Shown piece after piece: positions 37,728 through 48,887 of a stretch of DNA of 55,352 bases. The notes under the pieces were generated by a model. It was not told the origin of the DNA. It saw only the letters and a list, made by a program, of their open reading frames with translations, and ran no database searches. The position numbers were made by a program, and so were the translations under genes. Position 1 is the first letter of the stretch. Every line of letters starts with the position of its first letter. Location of the stretch: positions 1 to 55,352 of the forward strand of contig JAUWHX010000055.1 in the NCBI GenBank assembly GCA_030605695.1, in the 5' to 3' direction. Origin of the DNA: a bacterium (lineage in GTDB: Bacteria > Hydrothermota > UBA3073 > JACQXS01).

Positions 37728-37770
37728 ACTTTTGCTTCTTCACTACTTGAACCTCCTTGTATTAAATTAT

Positions 37771-39825
<2,055 letters not shown>

Positions 39826-39847
39826 TTCTCCGCCTTTCTATATCTTT

Positions 39848-40057
39848 CATACAGAGTCCGCTATCTTTTATAGCGCCTCCGCTATCTTTTACAGCGCCTC
39901 CGCTATCTTTTATAGCGCCTCCGCTATCTTTTATAGCGCCTCCGCTATCTTTTATAGCGACACCGCTATCTTTTCTGGCGACACCGCTATCTTTTCTGGC
40001 GACATCGCTATCTTTTCTGGCGACATCGCTATCTTTTCCAGCGACACCGCTATCTTT
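39848..40057 (-). repeat. 21-bp tandem array, 10 units; open as (KDSGxAx)n ORF 39818-40081
   Basis: cgctatcttttatagcgcctc-type units. Confidence 0.93.
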
Positions 40058-40094
40058 TACAGGGATGTCCCTATCTCTCATACCCTACCTTCTT

Positions 40095-41501
40095 TCATCT
40101 TATCTTAATTATCTTTACTGGTTTATAACCTTTTATTTTTACAAAATAGACCCCAGGTGATAAATCCTTACCTATAACTTTAGACTCTGTCTCCTCAACC
40201 AACCTTCCCATCACATCGTGAATCGTGAATTTTCCCTTGATAGCTTGATTGCTCGATAGCTTGATAGCTGTATGTTGCACAAATGGGTTCGGATACACTC
40301 TCATCTCTAATCTCTCATCTCTAATCTCTAATCTTTCTTCCACCCCGAGAGGGTCAAAAGAGGTCGTATAAATATCCCAGTTCCCATTTCGGTCATCCTC
40401 CCAGACTACAATACACTTGGCTTCATCCCCAGAAATATCAGGATACCATGCATTCGTTGGAGATGAGGAAACTGGATAAAACCCTCCTAAGTTTCTCAGA
40501 GTATCTACATTTCGCCTTAAAATCTCGCTCTTCGTCTGAAAATCTGCCCACGCTATAACCCATCTCTCATTATTCCAGAAAATCCGAGGATAATATGAGT
40601 CACGGGCTGTATCATATAAAACAGGAAAATCAGAACCTTCTGGAGTTCCTGTTGAATCGATAGCTCTTCCATAAATATCATAAACAGAACCAGAACGGTA
40701 GTCTGACCACACAACGAGCCAGCGACTATTGCCACAGGAAACCTCCGGATATAACTGATGTTCCGGAGCTTGACAAATTGGGAAGTTACTTCCAGCTAAT
40801 CCACCTGCTGAATCTATTAATTGACCATAAATATCAGAATTGTCCGTTCTATTGTCCTCCCATACTACGAGCCAATTTTTTTGAGTTCCATTCCAGGATA
40901 CGGACGGAGAAACCTGATGCTCATCTGCTTGAGAGATGGGAATTGCTGAGCCCACAAAATTACCACTACCATCCATAAGTTGACCATAAACATCAAGATT
41001 AGCCCCATTCCGATAGTCTGACCAGACAACAAGCCAATACTCCCCACTCCAGCTAATACTTGGATTCACTGAATTTGCAGTATCTGCAATGGAAAACACA
41101 GAATCTATTGAATCTCCTGCCCAATCCAGAAACCGACCATAAATGTGAGAGATAGCACTACCCTGGTCGTGTGTCCATACCACCAGATAGCAGGAATCAC
41201 TCCATTCTACTGCAGGAAAACACTGACTCCTTATGTCAGTACATATTGGGAAATTAATATCTACAAGCGTTCCGTCGGTATCCATAAGTTGGCCCCATAT
41301 ATCTGCAAGTGGGCTACTCCGCTGGTCTTCCCATACAACAAGCCACCCACTATCACTTCTTGCAATCGCAGCGTGCTTCTGGTCATTCAAGGCATCAGAA
41401 ACAGGAGAATCCGCATTTACTAATATAGGGGTGAATAGAAATATTATTCGCAGAATCTCAAAACGAGTCTGCGACCTGTGGATAAGCAATAGTCTTTTCA
41501 C
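40095..41501 (-). CDS. Secreted repeat protein (WLVVWxDxR repeats) with CTD
   Basis: Repeats P.V.W....WLVVW.D.R....DIYGQL; GTG 41501 with GAGG RBS preferred over 41540. Confidence 0.82.
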   Translation of the reverse strand: MKRLLLIHRSQTRFEILRIIFLFTPILVNADSPVSDALNDQKHAAIARSDSGWLVVWEDQRSSPLADIWGQLMDTDGTLVDINFPICTDIRSQCFPAVEWSDSCYLVVWTHDQGSAISHIYGRFLDWAGDSIDSVFSIADTANSVNPSISWSGEYWLVVWSDYRNGANLDVYGQLMDGSGNFVGSAIPISQADEHQVSPSVSWNGTQKNWLVVWEDNRTDNSDIYGQLIDSAGGLAGSNFPICQAPEHQLYPEVSCGNSRWLVVWSDYRSGSVYDIYGRAIDSTGTPEGSDFPVLYDTARDSYYPRIFWNNERWVIAWADFQTKSEILRRNVDTLRNLGGFYPVSSSPTNAWYPDISGDEAKCIVVWEDDRNGNWDIYTTSFDPLGVEERLEIRDERLEMRVYPNPFVQHTAIKLSSNQAIKGKFTIHDVMGRLVEETESKVIGKDLSPGVYFVKIKGYKPVKIIKIR

Positions 41502-41556
41502 TGCACGCCTCTTTTGTAACTCTTTACTCTCAACTCTCAACTCTATACTCTTAATT

Positions 41557-43014
41557 CTATCTCAATATCGTCAGCTTCCTCGTTGCCTTGTAATTATTTG
41601 TCTCTACTCTCACAAAGTAGATGCCATTGGTGAGTTCCTCAAGATTTATCTCAACACCCTGTTGCGTTGTCAAAACATGCTTTGCTAACTTGCCTGAGAG
41701 GTCGTAAATCTTGATGTTTGTCTCCTTGATAGCTTGATGGCTCGATAGCTTGATGACTGTCTTTCCCATACACGGATTCGGATAAACTCTTAATTCCAAA
41801 CTCTTAACTTTTAACTCTTTGTCCTCACTTACACCGGCAGTCGGGCATTTATGACGCTTGTAATATATCTCCTCAATGCCATGACGCCAATCTGTCCAAG
41901 CTATATGTGCATCATAAGGACATTTAGTACAAGCAACTGATATATACTCAGAAGTGCTATTATCAACAGTTAATCCTTCATCAGCTATCCAATTTGCTCC
42001 ATAATCAGCTGACCGATTATAATATACCTCAGAATTGCCATCCCTCTCATCCTGCCAAGCTATATGAACACAACTATCTGAACAACAAATTGATGGATAT
42101 TGAGAATTAGCAACGTTATTAATAAGTCTAAAATTATCAATATCCCAACTTGTTCCATAGTCACTTGACCGATTATAATATATCTCATACTTGCTGCCAA
42201 ACTTCCAACCCTGCCAAGCTATATGAACACAACTATCTGAACAACAAATTGATGGATACCAATCCCAGTCAGCATTATTAGTAAGTCTAAAATTATCAAT
42301 ATCCCAACTTGTTCCATAATCGCTTGACCGATTATAATATATCTCAGAACCCCCATCCCTATCATCCCACCAAGTCATATGAACACAACTATCTGAACAA
42401 CAAATTGATGGACGTTCGGATTTATCAGCATCATTAGTAAGTCTAAAATTATCAATATCCCAACTTGCTCCATAATCACTTGACCGATTATAATATATCT
42501 CAGAATTGCTATCTCTCTCATCCTGCCAAGCTATATGAACATAACTATCTGAACAACAAATTGATGAATATTGAGAATTAGCAGCGATATTAGTAAGTCT
42601 AAAATTATCAATATCCCAACTTGCTCCATAATCACTTGACCGATTATAATATATCTCATAATTGCCATTTCTAATATCATTCCAAGCTATATGAACAAAA
42701 CTATCAAAAACACAAATAGAAGGACAATGAGAATTTTGTGTTGTTAATTGTTGATGAGGACCAAAAGTAGCTCCATAATCTATTGACTGAACATAATAAA
42801 GCTCACCGGGGTTCGTTCCATCTCTATGTTCCCAAACTATATGAACAAAAGAATCTTGTGCTGCTATTGTCCATGCATTATTCCGGGAACCATAGTCAGA
42901 ATAGCTTGGATAAATAGTTAATCTTTTATCTGGATTCTCCCACTGCCCATACAAACTGCAAGATGCCAACACCATTCCACAGGATCCTGCGAACAAAAAT
43001 CCCCATCTTTTCAT
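41557..43014 (-). CDS. Secreted BNR/Asp-box repeat (sialidase-fold-like) protein with CTD
   Basis: Near-identical ~52-aa repeats with SSDYGxSW Asp-box; YPNP...GIYFVRV tail. Confidence 0.85.
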   Translation of the reverse strand: MKRWGFLFAGSCGMVLASCSLYGQWENPDKRLTIYPSYSDYGSRNNAWTIAAQDSFVHIVWEHRDGTNPGELYYVQSIDYGATFGPHQQLTTQNSHCPSICVFDSFVHIAWNDIRNGNYEIYYNRSSDYGASWDIDNFRLTNIAANSQYSSICCSDSYVHIAWQDERDSNSEIYYNRSSDYGASWDIDNFRLTNDADKSERPSICCSDSCVHMTWWDDRDGGSEIYYNRSSDYGTSWDIDNFRLTNNADWDWYPSICCSDSCVHIAWQGWKFGSKYEIYYNRSSDYGTSWDIDNFRLINNVANSQYPSICCSDSCVHIAWQDERDGNSEVYYNRSADYGANWIADEGLTVDNSTSEYISVACTKCPYDAHIAWTDWRHGIEEIYYKRHKCPTAGVSEDKELKVKSLELRVYPNPCMGKTVIKLSSHQAIKETNIKIYDLSGKLAKHVLTTQQGVEINLEELTNGIYFVRVETNNYKATRKLTILR

Positions 43015-43039
43015 CTTCTCTCCATTTTATTTTCTCTCC

Positions 43040-45127
43040 TTATTCTTTTTTGCTTTCTGATTTTGAAACCCGAAGGGTAATTATTCCTCCCTCGCTGTCT
43101 GCAATATATATATATTCCCCAGCTACTTTAATATCCCGAGCATACCCGGGTGTATCATATTTCCCAATTTCTACTGGATGACCTGGCTTACTTACATCAA
43201 CTACTACAACTCCTGCATTCCCGTCTGCTACATATGCATAAGAATCAACCATTGTAATTCCTGTTGCACATCCATTTGTAGAGAAGTGCCCTATTTCAAA
43301 AGGTGCATCTGGATTTGAAACATCTACTATCCTCAACCCACAATCTCCATCTGCAAGATAACAATAATCGTTTGCGAGAGCTAAACTCCATACATATCCA
43401 TGTGTATCGTGCTGTCCAACTTTCTTCGGATTCGTTGGTTGCCTCACATCTATTATCAAAAGCCCTGCTTCTGCTCCCGCCAGATAACAATAACCGCCAA
43501 CGCATTCCACATCCCAGACATAACCAACACTCTCATATCGTCCTATCTCTTTTGGAGAACTCGGTTTGCTAATATCCATTATTGAAAGTCCCCCCGAATA
43601 ATTCGCCACATAAGCATAATCCCCACAAGCACTAATACCTCGTGCATACTGCGGAGTCTTATACTTTGAACATAATTCAGGAGAACTTGGGTTGCTAATA
43701 TCTATTACCCAGAATCCACCAACATCATCTGCCACACAGGCATAAAATTCAACTTTCTCCGTAGAAATGTTTTTTGTAGTTGCGTCGGTTTTCTGGGCAG
43801 GTGCAAGACCTGCCCCTACAGTCTTTGTAGGAACTTGATTTATCAAGCTCTCTGTGGACATTTTACTCAAAGAAACATCCCATACTGCCCCATCTGTATC
43901 ATAACACCCTATTTCTAAAGGAGATTGAGGATTCTCAATATCTATTATACGAAGCCCATCTTCATACTGAGCCGCATAAAGATAATTCCCGTCTAAAGCT
44001 AATGCGTAACTTTGCCCAGCCGCATCATGCCACCCTACTTCCTGAGGACTGTCAGCTTGAGAAATATCAAAAAAACTAAGTCCCGCTCTTAAATTACACA
44101 CACATACTAAAAAGCCATCTACTGCAATTGCTTGAGTATATTCATAAGGACCTGATTCATCAAGCACACATACCTCGCGAGGACTCAAAACATTTGATAT
44201 ATCCAAAACTCTAAGTCTATAATCTAAATCAGCTAAATATGCATACTTTTGACTTTTGACTTTTGACTTTTGACTTTTTATTGCTACATCCATAATCCTT
44301 CCTCTCTTGTAGGAACTCACAATATGAGGACTTTCAGGTTGAGAAACATCAATTATTCTCAACCCCTCGTTCTTCACCGCCACAAGAGCATACGAATATC
44401 CACTATCCGCCGACTCTACACTGTGGACTGTAGACTGTGGACTGCGGACTATAGACATTACAGCTACTTTTATTGCCATACCGGGAATTCTACAACTCCC
44501 AATTTCATAGGCATAATCAGGCTCAGATATATCTATTATCCTCAATCCTCCACTATAATCCGCTATATATGCATATTTTTGATTCTGAATTGTTATTCCG
44601 TGAGCCGCACCTGAAGTTTTTACTCCTATTACCTCTCTTGGATGCGACGGATAGGAAATATCTATAACCCACATCCCATACCCACAATCTACTACATAGG
44701 CATATTTCCCATCTATGGCTACATCCATAAAATAACTTTTCACTTTTAACTTTTCACTTTTAACTTTGAAATATCCTACTTCCCGAGGTTTTTTGGGGTC
44801 AAATACATCTATGATTCTCAAGCCTTGACTACCATCCGCTATATAAGCATAATTCCCAGAGACATATATGCTTTCTGCTTCTCCCGGAGTTGCACATTTC
44901 CCCACAGATTTGGGTTTTGCATAATCTGATATATCAATAACCTCTATTCCCCTGCCGGTTGCACAATAAACAAACTTTCCTTCAATATGCGCATCTTTAA
45001 AAATTCCTGATGCCCCCATAGAACTCACCCATTCCATATTATAGGCAGAGGATTCAGTCGCACTATCACAAAGTTTTACCCCACAAACTAAAACAACAAA
45101 AAACTTAATCAAAAATCTCATCTCCAT
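43040..45127 (-). CDS. LVIVD-repeat beta-propeller protein
   Basis: Repeats YAY(I/V)AD...GLRIID(I/V)S.P..P.E(I/V)G. Confidence 0.9.
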   Translation of the reverse strand: MEMRFLIKFFVVLVCGVKLCDSATESSAYNMEWVSSMGASGIFKDAHIEGKFVYCATGRGIEVIDISDYAKPKSVGKCATPGEAESIYVSGNYAYIADGSQGLRIIDVFDPKKPREVGYFKVKSEKLKVKSYFMDVAIDGKYAYVVDCGYGMWVIDISYPSHPREVIGVKTSGAAHGITIQNQKYAYIADYSGGLRIIDISEPDYAYEIGSCRIPGMAIKVAVMSIVRSPQSTVHSVESADSGYSYALVAVKNEGLRIIDVSQPESPHIVSSYKRGRIMDVAIKSQKSKVKSQKYAYLADLDYRLRVLDISNVLSPREVCVLDESGPYEYTQAIAVDGFLVCVCNLRAGLSFFDISQADSPQEVGWHDAAGQSYALALDGNYLYAAQYEDGLRIIDIENPQSPLEIGCYDTDGAVWDVSLSKMSTESLINQVPTKTVGAGLAPAQKTDATTKNISTEKVEFYACVADDVGGFWVIDISNPSSPELCSKYKTPQYARGISACGDYAYVANYSGGLSIMDISKPSSPKEIGRYESVGYVWDVECVGGYCYLAGAEAGLLIIDVRQPTNPKKVGQHDTHGYVWSLALANDYCYLADGDCGLRIVDVSNPDAPFEIGHFSTNGCATGITMVDSYAYVADGNAGVVVVDVSKPGHPVEIGKYDTPGYARDIKVAGEYIYIADSEGGIITLRVSKSESKKE
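43795..43853. repeat. Back-to-back REP-like hairpins inside the LVIVD gene
   Basis: gggcaggtgcaagacctgcccctac and gtaggaacttgatttatcaagctc. Confidence 0.8.
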
Positions 45128-45179
45128 TATATCTTAATACCTCAAAATCCCATTTTGTCAATGTTTTTTTAAAAAAATA

Positions 45180-45253
45180 AACCACAGAGAACACAGAGAT
45201 ACACAATTTATCAAAAAATCATAATAATTTTTCTCTCTGTGAACCCTGTGGTT
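45180..45253. repeat. 9-mer-periodic inverted-repeat module
   Basis: aaccacagagaacacagaga ... tctctgtgaaccctgtggtt (17/20 complementary). Confidence 0.7.
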
Positions 45254-45281
45254 TCCTCTAATTGTGTGAAAATCTGTGGCT

Positions 45282-46898
45282 TTAGGATTGTGTCTCTCCG
45301 CAGGATTCTTCTACAAGCTCTTTTATCGCTTCTGGAAGTAGCTCCATCACATCGGATGCTAAAACTCCGTATTCCGTGAGTTTTTCTCGTGCAAGCTCTC
45401 CTGCCCTCCCATGTAACCAAACACCAAGCATTCCTGCATCTAAAGGAGTAAGTCTCTGTGCCAGAAGTCCTCCTATTATACCAGTTAATACATCACCACT
45501 TCCACCTTTGGCAAGAGCAGAATTATACATAGGATTTAAATAGCTTCTGTCTTTCCTTGCTATTATAGTAGGCGCTCCCTTAAGAACCAATGTTACTTTA
45601 AATTCTCTTGCAAACCGACCCGCCACTTCAATTCTTGATTTTTGAATATCCGATATAGATAATCCTGTGAGCTTTGCGAGTTCACCCGGATGAGGCGTAA
45701 TTATTGTATCTGCTTTGATTTTCTTCAATATATCAGGAGTCAAGTTATTTAACCCATCAGCATCAATTACAATGGGCAATTTTATCTTTGGGACTAACTT
45801 TTGAACCAGAGCACGCGTTTCAGGATTTGTTGAGAGACCAGGCCCCAACACTATCACAGTAGCTTTGTTGACCTCATCCATTATTTTCTCCATAGCACCG
45901 ATACCAAGTGTTCCATCCTTAGTTTCAGGCAATGGAACAGTTATCACCTCAGTTGCTTTGGCTTCAAGTATTGGATTAAGAGACTCCGGAATCCCAAGTC
46001 TCACGAGTCCTGCCCCAATTCTTAATGCAGAAAGCCCTGTAAGAGCCGCCGCTCCTGTCATTCCACGAGAACCTGCAAGCACAAATACTTTCCCAAATGT
46101 CCCTTTATTTGAATTATCACTCCTTTGAGGAAGTAGATTACAAACCTCATCAGGTTCAAGCAATCCTAATTTAATATATTCCCATAAATAAGGCGGTACT
46201 CCTATATCAATAACATCTACGGTTCCTGCGTAATCTTTGCCTGGATACAAGAATAATCCTCTTTTTGGCAAACACATTGTTCCTGTAAAATCTGCATACA
46301 CACAAGCTCCTTCTACTTCTCCTGTCTCTGCATTTAAGCCAGATGGAATATCTACTGCAAGAACTGGAATGTCACTGTCATTTATAATATTTATTACATC
46401 TGCAGGTATCCCTTTTGCTTTTCCCTTAAATCCTGTCCCAAATATCGCATCAACTAAAAATCCAATCTCATTATGAATGTGTTTTTTCAATGTAGCTATA
46501 TCTTTCTTACTCGTTATTTCTGTAATTTTATATCCTGATTTTAATAGAATATTTAAATTTATTCTTGCATCTCCTTTTATTTCCTGAACTTTCCCAAGCA
46601 GAAAAACCTCTACCTCTGTCCCATTATTCAATAAGTGCCTTGCAAGAACAAATCCATCTCCTCCATTATTCCCTTTGCCGCAAACTATTCCGACCTTTAA
46701 TCCTGTAGGGACAACCCTTGCGGTTGCCCTATCTTGTCGGGCAGGTGCAAGACCTGCCCCTACAAAACCAATTTCTTCCTGAATTATCTCAAATAGACCG
46801 AGTCCTGCATTTTCCATAAGCACGGCTCCTGGAATTCCAAGTCCCTGAATTGCTTTGTGGTCTATTTCTTTCATCTCATCCTGTGTTACAAGTTTCAT
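45282..46898 (-). CDS. nnr: Bifunctional NAD(P)H-hydrate epimerase/dehydratase NnrE-NnrD
   Basis: LMENAG, CGKGNNGGDG, DAIFGTG, DIPSG, NKGTFG, DADGL, TPHPGE, GGSGDVL. Confidence 0.95.
   Translation of the reverse strand: MKLVTQDEMKEIDHKAIQGLGIPGAVLMENAGLGLFEIIQEEIGFVGAGLAPARQDRATARVVPTGLKVGIVCGKGNNGGDGFVLARHLLNNGTEVEVFLLGKVQEIKGDARINLNILLKSGYKITEITSKKDIATLKKHIHNEIGFLVDAIFGTGFKGKAKGIPADVINIINDSDIPVLAVDIPSGLNAETGEVEGACVYADFTGTMCLPKRGLFLYPGKDYAGTVDVIDIGVPPYLWEYIKLGLLEPDEVCNLLPQRSDNSNKGTFGKVFVLAGSRGMTGAAALTGLSALRIGAGLVRLGIPESLNPILEAKATEVITVPLPETKDGTLGIGAMEKIMDEVNKATVIVLGPGLSTNPETRALVQKLVPKIKLPIVIDADGLNNLTPDILKKIKADTIITPHPGELAKLTGLSISDIQKSRIEVAGRFAREFKVTLVLKGAPTIIARKDRSYLNPMYNSALAKGGSGDVLTGIIGGLLAQRLTPLDAGMLGVWLHGRAGELAREKLTEYGVLASDVMELLPEAIKELVEESCGETQS
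46705..46763. repeat. Complete REP doublet in frame inside nnr
   Basis: gtagggacaacccttgcggttgccct-atcttgtc-gggcaggtgcaagacctgcccctac. Confidence 0.9.
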
Positions 46899-46914
46899 CC
46901 TTCCTCCTATAAAT

Positions 46915-47751
46915 TTACTTTACTACTATCATTTCAAGTATTCTATCCAGCCGAAAAGTGCGACGCTTCTCTCTTAAAAGACAATGTGATATTAGGTATG
47001 TATAATCCTGATAAGGAACTATGTCAACTGGCTTAATGGTCCGAATAGTCTCATTGCCTCGAGCCGATATATATCTAATTCTAAGTTTCTTCTTGGCTCT
47101 TAAACATTCTTCTATCTCAGGTGGTAATATTATCTCCCCATAAGTCGGAAAAGTAATTGAACCACCATTTAGCTCCAGAAGGTCATAAAGTGTATTAATT
47201 TTCCTCTTTTGTCTAAAATCGTCCAAAAATATATGGAAAATTTCCTTTGTTATTTTTGTATCTCCAAGTGCCCGATGTACTCCAGAAACATCTATACCGA
47301 AATAGGAAGCAATATTTGTTAGGGTATTTGAAGAAAACTGATAGTATGCGCGAGCCAAGATAAGAGTGTCAATCACAGGATTTTTGGGAAAAGTGATTCT
47401 TAAATTATATAGATGCACGCCAAGAAAATTTAAATCAAAAGGTGCATTATGTGCAACAATCACTGTTCCTTCTATAAATTCCAATACTCTCTCCACAACC
47501 GTTTCAAATGAAGGTGCATTATGAAGCATCTTGTCTGTAATTCCATTAATTTCACTCGCTCCGGGAGAAACAGGCATATGAGGATTTATTAAGCTACTAT
47601 ACGAGTCTATAATTTTATTATTTTTAGTTTTCAGGAGTCCGATTTCACAAATTCGGTCTCCATATTGTGGATGTAATCCCGTAGTTTCTAAATCAAGAAA
47701 ACAAAAAACAACATTTTGTAGGGGTTCAAAATTTTGAACCCCTACATTCAT
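46915..47751 (-). CDS. DnaQ-like DEDDh 3'-5' exonuclease fused to a C-terminal WYL domain
   Basis: DLETTG, AHNAPFD, HRALGD; IRYISARG...YLISHCLLR..RRTFRLDRI. Confidence 0.9.
   Translation of the reverse strand: MNVGVQNFEPLQNVVFCFLDLETTGLHPQYGDRICEIGLLKTKNNKIIDSYSSLINPHMPVSPGASEINGITDKMLHNAPSFETVVERVLEFIEGTVIVAHNAPFDLNFLGVHLYNLRITFPKNPVIDTLILARAYYQFSSNTLTNIASYFGIDVSGVHRALGDTKITKEIFHIFLDDFRQKRKINTLYDLLELNGGSITFPTYGEIILPPEIEECLRAKKKLRIRYISARGNETIRTIKPVDIVPYQDYTYLISHCLLREKRRTFRLDRILEMIVVK
47717..47746. repeat. Perfect 30-bp REP-like palindrome at the 5' end of the exonuclease gene
   Basis: tgtaggggttcaaaattttgaacccctaca. Confidence 0.9.
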
Positions 47752-47777
47752 TTGTGTAATCTGTGGCTCCTTTTTAT

Positions 47778-48887
47778 TTACAATGCTCTCTTATAAATAT
47801 TTTCTATATCTTCTTGCTTCACCTCTTTTGGGGTAACTTCTAAATTCCTTCTTCCCCATACATCTTTAACAAACCTCGGTATGTCATTTTGTGTTATTCC
47901 ATAATCTGACAATCTTGTGGGGATTCCTAAATTATTTATAAATTCATTTATATCGCCAAATATTTTGACAATGGACGATATTTTCTCTTGTAGGGGTTCA
48001 AAATTTTGACCCCCTACATCTCTACTTAAAAATTCAAGTGCCCACGGAATTAGAGCTCCGTTTGCCCTTCCATGAGGCACTCCATAAAATGTAGTAAGAG
48101 GATATCCAAGTGCATGTAAAATTATTGTCCGTGTCCGTGATATTACAAGTCCCCCAAGCATTGATGCATAAAGCATACGAGACCTTGCTTCAAGATTCTC
48201 TCCATCCTGAGCTACTTTTGGCAATTCCTCTTTTGTTATCCTGATTGCCTCAACTGCAACATTGTCCGACTCTGGTGTTGCAAGAATTGAAAGATACCCT
48301 TCTATTGAATGAGTTAATGCATCTACACCTGTATTTACAGTAATATCCTGAGGCATTGACAAAGTGAGTTTTGGGTCCAAAATAGCTACTTTCGGGAAAA
48401 TCCCCTGATTTGAATATCCTTTTTTATGAGAACCCATCGTTATCACTGCATGTTGCGTTACTTCAGATCCTGTCCCAGCAGTAGTTGGAATCTCAATAAT
48501 AGGAAGCGGGGAATAAGCATCTTTATCCCCACCGAGATAATCCTCTATCAAGCCATCATTTTTTGCAAGTAAAGCAATACATTTTGCCGCATCCATTGGA
48601 CTGCCACCACCAAGTCCAATTACAAGTCCAATCTTCTCTTTCCGCACTATATGAGTTCCCTTATTAACTGTCTCAAGTCCAGGATTTTCCTCTACCTCAT
48701 CAAATATAAATAAAGTTTTCTCTTTAAGCGAAGTTTTAAGCAAATCAAGTGCCCCACTTTTTTTAGATGAACTCCTTCCAGTAACCACAAGAATCCTCTC
48801 CACAGGTGGCAAAAAACTCGCTATCTCCTGAAGTTTTCCTTCTCCAAACACTATTCTCGTGGGTGAAAAATATTCAAATTTTTTCAT
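47778..48887 (-). CDS. Iron-containing alcohol dehydrogenase
   Basis: GGGSPMDAAK, PTTAGTGSE, DALTHSIE, HALG, PHG. Confidence 0.93.
   Translation of the reverse strand: MKKFEYFSPTRIVFGEGKLQEIASFLPPVERILVVTGRSSSKKSGALDLLKTSLKEKTLFIFDEVEENPGLETVNKGTHIVRKEKIGLVIGLGGGSPMDAAKCIALLAKNDGLIEDYLGGDKDAYSPLPIIEIPTTAGTGSEVTQHAVITMGSHKKGYSNQGIFPKVAILDPKLTLSMPQDITVNTGVDALTHSIEGYLSILATPESDNVAVEAIRITKEELPKVAQDGENLEARSRMLYASMLGGLVISRTRTIILHALGYPLTTFYGVPHGRANGALIPWALEFLSRDVGGQNFEPLQEKISSIVKIFGDINEFINNLGIPTRLSDYGITQNDIPRFVKDVWGRRNLEVTPKEVKQEDIENIYKRAL
47989..48018. repeat. REP-like palindrome in frame inside Fe-ADH
   Basis: tgtaggggttcaaaattttgaccccctaca (29/30 identical to 47717-47746). Confidence 0.9.

Noticed and set aside
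41990-42700. Diversity-generating retroelement TR/VR pair
   Set aside because: Repeats are in-frame protein blades, I see no clear adenine-only pattern, and there is no reverse transcriptase
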